DNA of 64,000 nucleotides, taken from the NCBI RefSeq assembly GCF_963921235.1, contig NC_086097.1, forward strand, positions 62,870,001 through 62,934,000, read 5' to 3'. Origin of the DNA: Mobula hypostoma (lineage: Eukaryota). Below the pieces are notes generated by a model that ran no database searches, was not told the DNA's origin, and saw nothing but the letters and a program-made list of their open reading frames with translations. Below, piece after piece: positions 27,100-40,530 of the stretch. How positions within the stretch are numbered: the first letter of the stretch is position 1; each line of letters begins with the position of its first letter. A program made the position numbers and the translations under genes.

Positions 27100-27205
27100 T
27101 TCCCTCTACACCCCTTCTCTCTCTTCAACTTAAAACTCTTTCCAGTTCTGATGAAAGATCACTGATCTCTCTTTCACCACCGATGCTGCCTGACCTGCTG
27201 AGATT
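27100..27205 (+). mobile_element. Old Penelope-derived end with a broken hammerhead
   Basis: CTGATGA (27148-54) plus the hairpin AGATC-ACT-GATCT, with GAAAC missing. Followed by gatgctgcctgacctgctgag. Confidence 0.55.
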
Positions 27206-27459
27206 AGTGAGGGATGTGGTGATTATAGGATACAAGAGAAAATGTCTCAGGCTGTTCTCAGATTAGGAAGAGCAAGTAATTGTCCAGTGCAACAGAAAAG
27301 TTAAGAGTTAGTACGTGGTAATTCAGAAAGGGGAAATTGGAGAAGATGGCAGTGCCTGTCTGGTGAATGATATCTGTAATCTGTCAAGTAGGGGACCATG
27401 CACAATTTTGATTTGATGGAGACGGACGTGAGGGTATGGAGGAACATTTGGAGAAACTT

Positions 27460-28000
27460 CTGAAATGCCCGCTCGCTGCGGCTGCTACTGTGTGGTAACC
27501 GGAATCTCCAGAGCAGAAGGCCCCGAATCCTCGGCTTTACTTGTTTCAGCAGCCTGGGCAAGGTCGAAGGTGCTCGGCAGAGGATGGCGCTCGGGAGGCT
27601 GTATCAGAGGGGCTGGTCGGAGGCTCGAAGTTTTCGGATGGATGGACTCAGTGCCGGCTGTGGTCGGCTGCTTCCAAGGCATCGTCAAGTTGACAGGGCC
27701 TGGAGGTTTATGGCAGGAAGTTTCTCCCTTTTGCTGCCTGCTATCGGGGACTCGGGAGTCGATCGACTCAGGGACTTTGAGACTTTTTTTTACCATGCCC
27801 ATGGTTTGTTCTTCATCAAATTATGGTATTGCTTTGCACTGCTGTAATTTTATGCTAAAATTATGTGGTTCTGTCAGTGTTAGTCTTTGGTTTGTCCTGT
27901 TTTCTGTGATATCACTCTGGAGAAACATTGTATCATTTCTTAATGCATGTATGCATTTCTAAATGACAATAAAAGAGGACTGAGTGTTCTCATCATCTAA
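27460..28000 (+). mobile_element. Unclassified GC/CpG-rich retroposon-like element with a LINE-type 3' tail
   Basis: Abrupt GC-rich ~320 bp, then an AT-rich segment ending aatgacaataaaagaggactgagtgttctcatcatctaat. Confidence 0.45.
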
Positions 28001-29787
28001 TTGGCATGATAGGAAAGGTGATGGTATTGTCTTTTTACTATATTAAATGATATTCTGGAGAAAAGTCTATCTTTGCTTTCATTGAGCACGTAATAAATTC
28101 ACAAGACAGAAGTCACAAGAAACACCAAAGTTCCCAAAGTTATTCATAAGTTGCATGATAATGGAAAGTCATCCAAAGCTATTCTTCTGTAAGTATCACA
28201 ATTATGTCGCAAAATAGGGCTAATAGAATATTTTTAAAACACTATTTTAATCATAATAGAGTTAAAGTCATATTCATCACCTTTCGCATCTTCTACGGCT
28301 TAGAAGCAGCCCCTTCATACCACCATCAAAGCTCACCATCATGCCACTCTACACAAGTTCCACTTCCCTCTATTAATTGCATATCCCTCTGCTCTGCTCA
28401 TTCAAGTATTTGTCAAGATGTCTCGTAAATGTTGCTGCACTCTACCTTGTAGGGTGGATGAGCATTTCTGGCCCTCATCCATCTCCTAAGTCTCTCCCAG
28501 TGGAATATCCCAGTACACTGCTTCAGCTGGCAAGCTAAACACTGTGAGGGGGTTCAAGTCATCGGCATGGGCCAATGAGTTCCTCAAAGTACAACAACAG
28601 CCACATGTTTGAGACCAGGACAAGCCACCAAGGTGGAGGACATTGGCTATGGTCTGGACTGGAGATGGATGGGTGCCATCAGGCCTCACTATCCCTAGAC
28701 ATGTGAAAGCACCCCTATGACCCATAAAAAGGGCTGCGAGATCTGAACCGAATGGAACTTTGTATCACCTGTCATCTGTCAGCCTCCTTTGGTCCAGATA
28801 AGAAGAGCTAGCCTATCCGATCTCCCCTGATAACTCAAGCTCTCCAACCCAAGCAACATCGTTGTGAATCTTTTCAACACCCCGGAGAATGAGTGCTCAC
28901 CTTAGACCACATGTCATCATTTATCAACGCCTGTTTGAGGTAATCGATAAAACTTGAAATTTCAGCGACATTCAAGTTCATGGTTAACAGGGAATTAAAG
29001 AAACCATTATCACTGCTCAACTGGCTTGGAAACAACTTGAGGAGTATCATCCTGACATGGGAGCCTACTGCTACAAACCATTAATGAAACACAATTCATC
29101 TGGGTGACATTGGGCTTCGCTGCTTTCCTGCTCTTACAGCTGCAGTCAAAATATCACTGAAGTGCATATGCTGACCTGTATTGAACAGGTAAATTCCAAC
29201 AGCACTGAAGAGTGAATGAAAACAAATACAATGGAGATGCTGCTATTCCAGCACATTCAGCTAAATGAAAGTTTCCCGTTCAGTATAAAGGAACTGTAAA
29301 CGTAATTCAGCTAGTGCATAATATTTAAAATATCATCAGCAGTGTTCATATAAAACAGCTCAAATTGGTTCATTCAAAGATGTTCTCTGATAATAATATT
29401 CGTTATTTTGTTTTACATGTATAATATTTGTTTGGGAAATATTACAACTATATGAAGAAAAACTCTTGGTCAAAAGCTATTTAACTTTATTTCTTAGGTA
29501 AATAACTGCGTATCTAAGAAGGTGTTTTACATCTGCCAATCTAATCATTTGGACATGAATTAACTGTGTGCAAATTTAAAGGTTCATAAAATTATTAAAA
29601 AGTTCACCAAATGAGTCGAGTGTTTGCATCAGTTGCTAATCCACGATATTTATTAATGATGATATCACCTGCTTTGCTGATAACAAAATGTACTCATATG
29701 TTTAAAAATAAGTTTTTCTTCAGACTTCAATTAATATTCTTAAAGATCACATCAGATAACACCCACAGAACATTAAAAATGTCAATG

Positions 29788-30000
29788 TGTAGGTTTTCGC
29801 AAATAAAACGACATGAGGTGTTTTATGTTTAATAAAAACCCTAACACATTTTATTGAACTCCAAAACCTGAACACAAAGAGCTCTAAAAGTCCTTTACAT
29901 AATTACATCATCATGTCAGACCAGCTTCTTCAAGTGAAACCCAAACTTAATATCGATGGTTGTGAATTCTGTATATTTCTACCAATTATGTTGCCCTACA
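29788..30000 (-). repeat. 3' LTR of the Gypsy element
   Basis: Alignable to 33513-33717 with many substitutions. TG...CA ends. Confidence 0.9.
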
Positions 30001-31033
30001 CAAGCTCCTGCCAGAGTTCACTAAAACCAACAGTGTGAGCTGGTGCAGAGCTCGGACAAATCCCCCAGCTTGGGTTCTGCGTTCCGGGGCGGAGGAACAG
30101 CAGGTACCTCTGGCTCGTCCAGAGGCGCGTTGACACGCTCATGGTCAATTTGTGACACCAGGGGTGTGGCAGTGGAATACTCCAAATCTTGATGGGTCGG
30201 TTTAAGGTGATCCACCGATATACAATCAGGTTTACCCCTCTCATCTATAATAAAAGTATTTTCTCCCCATTCCAAAATCTGGAACGGGCCTTCGTAAGGG
30301 GGCTAAGGGGATGTTGGTGGACATCATTGTGGGTGAAAACAAATGAAGTGGGATGTAGGTCAGCAGGAACCCGAGTGCATGATGGAAGGTAGCAATACGT
30401 GAAAAGGAATTGAATTTATGGAGGAGGGTGGAACACAATTGAGCGGATGACCTGGCATTTGTGGCATCAGGAATGAAATTATCTGGAACTCGTAACAGCT
30501 GCCTGTATACCAGCTCAGCCTCAGATGACAGCAGGTCCTCCTTTGGAGCTGTTCTGAGCCCCAGCAGGACCCACGGGAGACAATCATGCCAACACTGATT
30601 GGTTACAGAAGCCCTCAAAGCAGCCTTTAAGAAGCGCTGAAACCGATCGCGTAGGCCATTGGACTACTGGTGATACGCCGTGGTGTGATGCAGATTTACG
30701 CCAAGGTTCCGGGCCATCGCAGCCCCGAGGTCTGATGTGAATAAGGAACAACGGTCAGAGGAAATATCAGATGGAGTGTCAAACAGAGCAACCCAGGTGC
30801 TGATGAACACCCGAGCCTTGTCTGCAGCCACCATCAATGTTAGGGGATGACTTCTGACCACCTGGTGTTATGGTCCACCATGGTAAGGATGTGCATGATA
30901 CCACAGGAGGGGGGAAGAGGATCAACAAAGTCAAAGCTTCACTCAGGGACCTCAAAAGGTGCCAATGGTGCATGGACATGATGGTTAATGTTTGCCCACT
31001 GACACTCAACGCAGGCTGCAGTCCTATCATGCA

Positions 31034-31557
31034 TAGGAAAGACATCTTTGCCATAGAGGGAGTACAAAGAAGGTTCACCAGATTGATTCCTGGGATGGCA
31101 GGTCTTTCATATGAAGAAAGACTGGATGAACTGGGCTTGTACTCGTTGGAATTTAGAAGATTGAGGGGGGATCTGATTGAAACGTATAAGATCCTAAAGG
31201 GATTGGACAGGCTAGATGCAGGAAGATTGTTCCCGATGTTGGGGAGGTCTAGAACGAGGGGTCACAGTTTGAGGATAGAGGGGAAGCCTTTTAGGACCGA
31301 GGTTAGGAAAAACTTCTTCACACAGAGAGTGGTGAATCTGTGGAATTCTCTGCCACAGCAAACTGTTGAGGCCAGTTCATTAGCTATGTTTAAAAGGAAG
31401 TTAGATATGGCCCTTGTGGCTACAGGGGTCAGGGGGTATGGAGGGAAGGCTGGGTTCTGAGTTGGATGATCAGCCATGATCATAATAAATGGCGGTGCAG
31501 GCTCGAAGGGCCGAATGGCCTACTCCTGCACCTATTTTCTATGTTTCTATGTTTCTA
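31034..31557 (+). mobile_element. Young CR1 3' fragment inserted in the Gypsy integrase zinc finger
   Basis: RKDIFAIEGVQRRFT...GVRGYGGKAGF, nearly identical to the 19132-19655 copy. (TTTCTATG)n tail. Confidence 0.95.
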
Positions 31558-33512
31558 TATCCTTCCTGAGGCCATGCCACACAAACTTTAGTCCAAGCAG
31601 GTTGGGTGAGGCTTTCTGACCCCAATACAAGAGGCCATGTATGGAATTAAAAACACTATGGGGGTGAGGGCAATCACTTGAGACATCACGCAGGAGAGAA
31701 ATCCCAGCTTCCCCAAATGTAATATCAGCCAACCGCAGGCCTGTAACTGCTGTTGAGTAAGCCTGGAACTCTGGGTCAGTAACTTGGTCAGCAACCATAC
31801 CGGCATGGTCAACCCCATTGTGTATGACCTGAATGGCTGACCGTGAGAGGCAATCAGCCACGGCGTTACTTTTCCCCTTCGTATGTTGTGTATCAGTTGT
31901 GAACTCTGATATGTAGGCCGGTGGCATTGCTGCCATGCAGACCGAGGGTCTGACATTTTGGCCATCGCACGCAACGAGGTCAACGAGCACTGTGAAATGT
32001 GATCCTGTAGGAGAAAACTAAAATGGTGGGCAGCCAGATGGAGACCGAGAAGCTCATGGTCAAACGTGCTGTACTTCCTTTCAGGGGGATGGAGCTGCCA
32101 GCCGAAGAAAGCAAGTGGCTGCCACCCGCCTCTGACCAGCTGTTCATGCACAGCTCCCACAGCAGAGTCTGAAACATCAATCCTGATTGCTATTGGTGCA
32201 TTGGGGAGCAGGTGGGCCAATTGGGTTGCATTAGAAAGTGCTCTCTTGGTATTATCAAATGCCCTGGTCATGTCCGCTAACCAGTCAAACACCTGATTAG
32301 GGGCATTGCCTTTAAGCACACTGATACAGGAAGAGCATGAATTCAGCAGCTCACAGATGAAGCAGTACTAAAAATTAACCTCAAAACCCCTGCAGTTTTT
32401 TAGTAGTGCAGGGCAGTGGGAAATCTATAATAGTGGCTACTTTTGATGAGAGGGGATTTGCACCTTCTGCGGAAATGCAATGGCCAAGAAAGTCAATGTT
32501 TGACAACCCAAACTAGCATTTAGCAGAGATAATAATCAAACTGTGTTGGCTTAAGCATTCAAAAAGTGTGCGGAGATGGGGTATCTGTTCAGATTTGGAC
32601 GCATTGGTGACAAGTAGGTCATCTAGGTAAACAAAAAGAAAATCTAAGTCTTTTAATATCCAGTCCATCAGCCATTAAAAATCTGTGCTTCATTTTTAAG
32701 TCCAAATAATAAGCTCAGAAACTCAAAGAGGCCAAATAGAGTTATCATAGCCATTTTGTGAATGTGCTCCGAGCACACAGGCATCTGATGGTAGCCTCTA
32801 ACTAAATTGATTTTGGAAAATACTAACTTTCTGGCTAAACATGTGGAAAAGTCTTGGGTGTGTGGGATCAGGTAAAGATTGGTGGTGATGATTAAGGCTT
32901 CGGCATTTGCCACATGGGCAGCAACCACCATCAGACTTAGGGGTGGAGCCCAGGGGCTGTTTTACCAGCGTACAATGCCAAGTCATTCCATGTTGACAAG
33001 CTTAGCTTTTGTGGTTACCAGCCTTTCCGGGATGAGTCGACACGGGCGGGCATAGACCAGCAGGCCAGTTGTGGAAATGTGGTGCTCAGCCCCATGTTTT
33101 GTGACTGTAGTTGAGAATGTGGGCTCAGTGAAATTTGGGAATTCGCCCAGGTGTCTTGTGAACTCACATGCAGTGGCTCATGCGCTTGACAGAGTCGTTG
33201 TGGGGCACGTACTGGGGGAGCAGGGTAATGACACAAAGCTCTTGACATCCACAAGCTGGCAATTCTTCAGATCGACTAACAGTCCTTAAGCACCCTGGAA
33301 ATCTACACTGAGCACGGATCTAGCCACTTTAGCCAGGATAAAAGTTCCATGCCCACTAAACAGAGCATCATCCATCATGTCCCATAAGGCTGGATCCTGT
33401 TTCTCTTGGTGGCCTCCAGTGCAGTTTCGTGGCACTTTGCCTTCTCATCAATAGGTGATGCTGGGAGCACACTCACTTGAGCACCCATGTCCCTGAGCAG
33501 TGGGGTCTCCAA

Positions 33513-33717
33513 TGTAGTTTTCACAAATAAAATGAGGCTTTTTATTTGATGAAAACTGAAACACATTTTATTGAACTCTGAAACCTGAACACAATCTACG
33601 CTAAAAGTCCTTTATGTAATTACATCATCACATCAAACCAATCTCTTAAAGTGAAACGCCAACTCAATGTCAGAGATTGTGAATTATGTAGATTTCCATC
33701 ATTTAGGTTACCCTACA
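33513..33717 (-). repeat. 5' LTR of the Gypsy element
   Basis: Followed on the minus strand by a tRNA-Trp-like PBS. Confidence 0.9.
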
Positions 33718-35629
33718 AACGCAGGTTTTCATAAGTTTTGGTTGTGGCATAATTTTAAACTGAGTAGAAGTTTGGAGGGAAGGAGCTTATTGACCAAAAA
33801 GCACATTAACCAACTTTTTACTAGTAGAACAGAATTCAATTCAGCCTCCCTTTTCCCATCAGAACAGAAGCTGAGAAAGGGTGGTGTGGTTGGTTCTTCA
33901 GAGGTAAACTGAGAATTATTAAATTCTGACTCTGTTTCTCTCTGCACATATATGACCCAGCCTGCTAATGATTTAATAGCATTATCTATATTTGTTCTTT
34001 GTCAATGGTACTTGACTGAGAGCTGTTTATAGTGAAAATATAATTAACCACATCAGTCATTATTAAGGAAGACAACCAAAAGATTATTGAGGAGTTGGAT
34101 CTTTAGCATGATTATAAAGAGAAAAGAGAAGTGGACAGGCAGATTTAGAGAGGAAAGTCCAACGCTAAGCCCGTTGAAAGCATAGCTAGCAGTGGTGGAG
34201 TAATTAAATTCAGGGAGGCTGGATGAGAGATATTGAAGGAAGCAGGCCATCTCTGAAAAATTTAAAATAAAAAGTAGGGCTAAATATGGATTAATGAGGA
34301 CAATAGTGATTGGGAGTATGTGTTGTGATGAAGTTATGCGTCAGATGGCAGAGTTTTAAGTGGCACAATGGCCTCCAATTTTACCCTGGCAGCTTTATGG
34401 ACTTTCAACTTGTGGAAATCCCAGGCACAAAGAATTGTTTTGTGATTTAGAATATGGAGTATGTTAGTAATATCAGGAAATTCATGTCAGTCAGCAACAG
34501 ATATAGAAGCATATTATTTGCAGCATGTTGTAGCCCTATTTCTTCATTTATTATGGAGTTATCACCATATTAATGTAAGATTTCATGTTAGCTTCATGAA
34601 GAAAAGACTATTCTCAACGTACATGCAGCAATTTCAAATGCATTTAAATGCCTGATGATCTGAACTTCAAGGAGGGGAGCTGTGATCATCCACCTCAGTT
34701 TTGGACTAAGACTAGCAATTTATCCTGAACTTCCATCCATCCACTACCAAATTTACAGAAAGAATCCTGGGAATTTTACCACTCCTTTCCACAAAATCTC
34801 TCAGAAAATTATTGCCTAAAGAAATAATATGGACGTTTTACTAATACACAGTTGAACTCTGGATCTTGACAAGGCAAAAATTGCTTTAAGTTCTCCGTAT
34901 GAAATCATCCTAAACTGCTCATTGTTGAAAGCTTTAAAATGCAACCAACATCCCTAATTTATAAACACTGCCTTCATACTGTTCTGCACAGGGTAGAATA
35001 AGATCTGTGCAATAGCGCTGAACCATTTTTTATTGACCTTCACTTAAGCACTTTAACTATCTGTTTTTAGTTGTTCTGTAATGACATAATGAAGTGAGAA
35101 TAATCTAATGGCTACTGTTGTACTATAATCAGCCATAAGATGAACAATCAAGTGGACCATATCACTTAGCAGAATGTGATGAACAAACAGGTGATGTTAC
35201 TTGTCATTGGGTAATAAACCTCTCATGAATAATCTCTATTACCTTATCATGGAAGTGGCATTTTAATCCATTTCTGGAATTCTTGGAAACAGATGTTTTT
35301 CAATCTCTTTCTGAACTGTATCTAAGCAATATAATTGCAAGAACAACTGTATTTTTTACATTGGCATATTGAAAGTATTCAATCCCAGTTTGAACATGAA
35401 ATTCATATTTGGTCAAGTGTTATTAACATTAAAGATCTGTCACCTGTATGATAAAAAGCAAATTTAGCAATTAAATTTCATCTAGAAAAATAGTTGGGCG
35501 GAAAAAACTGGCTAGTCCCTTTGGAGTCAGCTAGTCTGCTTCTATCTATGGCTGGTTTTTATATAAAATAAAAACCCATATTAAATAACATTTTTAATGC
35601 CAAACAGTGTCTCCGAGGACCTTCCTGCT

Positions 35630-35900
35630 AATTAATTACTTCTGAAGTGCGGTTCATAGGAAATAATGAGACAACTTGTGCATAGCATGGTCCGACAAAC
35701 AGAATGAAATAATCCACAATAACTCAGGGAGAGTTATTTTAATATGAACACCACTTCTGAACAATATCTATGACAGCACGTAACTCCCTCAGCACTGCGT
35801 TGACGTGTTAATCTAGATATTGTACATAAGACTCTGCTGTAGAATTGGAATCCTCAACCTTCTTAGACAGAGATTATAGCTCCATCCACAGTTGGAGCTG
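35630..35900 (-). mobile_element. Ancient DeuSINE-like tRNA SINE remnant
   Basis: gacagcacgtaactccctcagcactgcgttgacgtgttaatctagatattgt...ggaatcctcaaccttct resembles, from recall, the reverse complement of the shark Deu-type SINE head and core. Confidence 0.5.
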
Positions 35901-38900
35901 GAAAGTAACACCAGAGGTTGAATTAGCTCATTCATTCACAGGAGCAAAATTTGATGTAGGCTGTGTTCTATGAGAGATCATGGTCCTTTATTTGACATGA
36001 ATAAACAGCTGTTATTTGTGATAGAAAGAAAAACAAATGAAGTAACAGGCCTCATTCACTGTCTGCCAGTGCATCCCAACAGATGTGAAAGCAGTAAATG
36101 AAAATGGGAAAAATATCCTTTAATTTGGGGATGGAGGATAAAAAGTGTGCATTTCAAAGCAGTGTTACAGCTCAGGCTTGAAGTGACATTTGGCAAACTG
36201 TTGTAGTCACTCGTGAAAGCCTCTCAAGTCTTTCCAAAGTTCTTACATTAGGAACCTGATAGACTGCAGGCTCTGCATTGATTATTTGTGTTTCCTAATT
36301 ACTGCGCCAAAGCAATGCAGTGAATTATAATTTCACACATTTGACAGTTTATAGAAAGCCACTGAATCTAAATAGTTTTATAATGTTCAATGGCAAAATA
36401 ACAAGAGACATCAGTGCAAAGTGAACTTATACTGTATATAGAAGAGGCTATCTCACTGATTTCAGCCATCATATCTTTGCTACTTTAGGATCTTAAATAA
36501 ATTGAAAGAACTAAACTAAGTGTTGGCATTGTGTCTTTAAAGCCAGGTTTATTGAATTAAAATGTTTCTAAAAGGAAAGGAGTAAGAAACTAAACACAAC
36601 AGCTCCTGCCTGAGCAATAAAAATTGAATTGATAAAAACATCCTGACTCTGTATTTAAACAAAACCTTATGCAATCCTCAAGGACATGGGTGATCTGTCA
36701 AGAGCCTAAAACAAATCAGTGGAGTTGGTCTAATATTCAGCAGACTCGGAAAATAAAATAAAATAAATCAAAGTTGAATTTCTTTAACTTCTGCACATCA
36801 CTATCTGGTGAAGTCAGCTCTCCAGCTTCGAGTCAACAAATGGCTGTCATTGAACATGCACTTTTATTTTTAGCTAGAGAGTTGATGGATATTAAAGCAG
36901 ATGGGCTCCCAGCCCAGCCCTACAGCAGAAATCCTTATCATGCCGGAACACACTAACAAGCATATACCCTTCTCAAAAGGCAGCTGATCACAGCTCATTG
37001 ACAATTTGGGAAGATAGGTCTCATTTTTAAGGTTCAGTCTTTCCGGCAGAAGGATGATGTTTGCTGCTAACATATGAGGCATCGGTACACCACAACGTTA
37101 ATGATGAAAATACATTTCCATCCCTTCCCTCTAGCATCTATTTTCAGCTTTCCAGCCATTTTTGATCACAATATGTATGTTTAATGAGAAGAAGAATAGT
37201 ATGAGAGTACTTTCTGCCTGAAGTTCCAATCGAAATTACATACTTGATTTGTAAATCTATTGCCAATGTCAAATCTTCAATTTCAAGATCCTAACATATA
37301 GGAAAAACAATCTTCCAGGGATTACAATGTTTCAGGATAATTTTGAGAAACATCTTCTTGAACAGTTCTCCCCACATCATGGGAAAATATGAAATAGCCA
37401 GATTTTGTTCAATAGAACTAAATGTGAAATGGTAATGATCCCTGATCTGGGACATAACCCAACAATCTTGATGAATTGAACCATGGACATGAATTTTTGC
37501 CTCCAGTGTCTACTCCACTGACTGAAGGCATTTTGTAAGCTGTTTGCCCAGCTTCCAGCAGTCTGCAGTTAGGGGAGTAAAGAACATGGAAGAGGACCTA
37601 ATCACATTGACACAAAGGTTCAGGAACTCAATGGAGCCAAAAAAGCTTCCTTCAGATAAGAAAAAAAATACTTATTTCAGGTAGTACCAATTTTTATTCC
37701 TAAATTCTTTTTTGATATTATTGATATGTTCATTTAATTGATTATAATGCAATAAAGAGATTTGAGTTTTTTTTTCTGGGACCCAGTGGGACTCATATTC
37801 CACAGGTAGAGAAATGGAACTGAGCAGATGGATTGTATGTCCCTCAGGCAATATTGGAACAGAAGGGTTTCGGTCCCCACACACACACTTCATCTCCAAA
37901 CATGCGCATGCTCCACTGGTAGGGTTACCATAGGTTTTCTCATCTGATATATAAACGCTTAACTTGGTATCTGGAAATTCATCCTCAATTAGCAGCACTG
38001 CACTTTGTTACAGTAGCGGATAAGCATTGGACCTGTCTTCCATACTTCGCTGTCACACAGGCATTGGAAGCAAATTCAAATGTAAAGCACAACAAGCAGA
38101 CATACTAAATTACAGATTTAGTTCTAATAACTAAGGACAACTTTACTTGGAAGGAATTTTAAAGAATAATGTCATAGACACACATACCATTTGCTTCTGA
38201 TTTTGGGATCAAACAAGCTACTGTGACCAGCAAATGTCAGCTTTCAGCAGAGTGAGTTCAACTCAGTTGCCTGCTCCTTGATAAAGTGAGGGACTAAGTA
38301 ACATTGCAAGTCCAAATCAAATACTGGAACACCAGCATTCCATTTTAGTCCTTTATTCCATATTTATAGTCCAATTATTTCAACAACATAATGCCAATAA
38401 ACACAAAATAAACTTCACTCAGATCTATTCAATTTCAATTTCAAAACCACTACAATTAGCAGAAAAAAGAATGTAAGACATTTATGAAAATGGAATTTCA
38501 CTGGTTTTGGTTTTATAGTTCTCCAGCAAAAGAAGATCCAGCTACCATTCAAAATCCCTGGGCATCAGCGGTATTGAGAGAGACTCTCACCAGAAAACTT
38601 TCAGCATCACGTGGTTTGGTTTGCAAGATAAAGTTGTTTAAACATACTGTCACTTCAGGCTGATGCATTATTAAGTATTACTTTGGAATTATTCCACAAA
38701 ATCAGCACGTTCTAAATCAGGAGAGTTCTTGAAACTTTTTGTTGGTGGAAAAAATATTGATTTGCAGAATTAAAATAGTCCCCAACTTCATTGACACTTT
38801 GAGTCAGCAACATGTCAGACTTGGATGCAACTTGCATTTCTGCTGATGCAGTTGCGATTCTGGAATAATCCCATAAATTATTTCTATAATAACATCACAT

Positions 38901-39124
38901 TCGGAGTGCAAGTCATGGATGGATATTAGCAAAATAATGAAGAGCCACTCAGTTATCAGACAGCACCTCTTCAATCTCCCACTGGCGCAGTCAGAGGTTC
39001 GCACCTGTTTCCAAAGAGTGTCAGTCAGACCAGTACTCAAGCAGTGCAGGGTGAGCTGCTTCAAGCATTTAATCTACCGTGATGAAGCACTTTGTGAGGT
39101 TGGTCATGGCTAGAATTAACTCCT

Positions 39125-40530
39125 GCCATAGTAAGGACCTGGACCCACCACAATTTGCCAAATCATCACAATAGGTCTACAGCAGATACAATCTCACTGG
39201 CTCTCCACTTGGCCTTGGACCACCTGAACAACACCAATACCTACATTAGGCTACTGTTGATTGATTACACCATCATACCTTCAATACTAATCAACAAGCT
39301 TCAAAGCCTGGGCCTCTGCACCTCCCAAGTAGATTGTTCACTCCCTCATTGGGAGACCACAGTCAGTGCAAACTAGAAATAGGACCTCCTCCTTGCTGAC
39401 AATCAACACCAGCACTCTGCAAGAATATGTACTTTGATCTCTACTCTACTCTTTCTATACTCATGACTGTGAGACTAGGCACAAAAAGCAACTATAAATT
39501 CACCGATTCACAGTTATTGTTGACGTAATTTCAGGTGGTGACAAGAAGGTGTACAGAGGTGGGATAGATTGGTTGGTGAGTGCTGTCACAACAACAACCT
39601 CGCACTTAACATTAGTAGAAAAAGAAGAAGAAAGTCCTTAACTCCGTGTGGAGCCATCGGGACGCTGTCATGATGACGTTTTTTTAGCAGGCTTTCTTAT
39701 TTTTATGAGCCCAAGTTGCTAGCTCGATGCTCAACCCAGCACGGATGGAAAGTGTGCAAGGGAGCCGGCTGGATTCGAACTCGGGAGCCTTCACTCTGAA
39801 GTCCGGCACTGATGCCACTACGCCACCAGCCGGCACTTAACATTAGTATGACTAAGAAATTGTTTGTGGACTTCAGGAAGAGTAAGTGAAAGAAACACAC
39901 ACCAGTCCTTATTGAGGGATCTGCACTGGAAAGGTGAGCAACTTCAAGTTCCTGAGTGTCAATATCTTTGATGATCTAACCTGGGCACAACATATTGATG
40001 AAATCACAAAGCAGGCAGTTCAGTGGATATATTTCATTGGGAGTTTGAGAAAATCTGGTACGCCACCAAAGACTTTAGCAAGGTTCTACAGATGTACCCT
40101 GGAGAACATTCTAATTGGTTACATCACCTATGGAGGCAGGATTAGAAAATGCTGCAGAGGGTTGTAAACTCAACCAGTTCCATTATGGGCACTAGCCATC
40201 CCACCATTGAGGGTGTGTTCAAAAGGCGAAGGCAGTATCCACCATTAAGGGCCCTCACCACCCAGGACATGCCCTCTTCTCATTGCTACCACGTCAGAGA
40301 GGAGACACAGGAACCTGAACACTCACACTCAACACTTTAGGAATAGCTGCTTCCCCTCTGCCATCAGATTTCTACCTCACTAGTTTGCTTTCATTTTGCA
40401 CTGCTTATGTATTCATTTTTTATATTTCTTATTGCAACTTATAGTAATTTTACTGTGCATTGCATTGTACTGCTGCTGCAAGACAAGTTTCACAACATTT
40501 GTCAATGACAATAAACCTGATTCTGATTCA
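39125..40530 (+). mobile_element. Rex1/Babar-type LINE RT fragment with a nested SINE
   Basis: [33 protein letters not shown] and FKFLSVNIFDDLTW. Tail aataaacctgattctgattc. Confidence 0.85.
39618..39832 (-). mobile_element. tRNA-head SINE with (TTC)n tail and 16-bp TSD
   Basis: A-box TGGCGTAGTGG and B-box GAGTTCGAATCC. GCACTTAACATTAGTA at 39602-39617 and 39833-39848. Confidence 0.9.

Larger units (their letters stand above)
29788..33717 (-). mobile_element. Gypsy (CsRn1-like) LTR retrotransposon lacking gag; decayed pol (PR-RT-RH-IN)
   Basis: LTRs TGTAG...CTACA at 29788-30000 and 33513-33717. 4-bp TSD AATG/AACG. PBS TTGGAGACCCC. Motifs DMGAQVSVLP, FVYLDD, DVSDSAVGAV, NAVADCLSR, TTAYH, LPWVLLGLRT and PYEGPF. 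Confidence 0.9.

Noticed and set aside
28480..28740. Slightly GC-rich segment, possible TE or exon
   Set aside because: No termini, TSD, motif or splice signals that I can support.
30870..31460. 196-aa ORF that looks like a fusion protein
   Set aside because: Chance read-through from antisense Gypsy sequence into an inserted CR1 fragment.
37672..37998. 108-aa minus-strand ORF in unique sequence
   Set aside because: No recognisable domain, a non-ATG start and no convincing splice sites. BLASTx would be needed to revive it.
39760..39832. tRNA gene (also 61810-61881)
   Set aside because: The A/B boxes are SINE heads followed by a body, tail and TSD.
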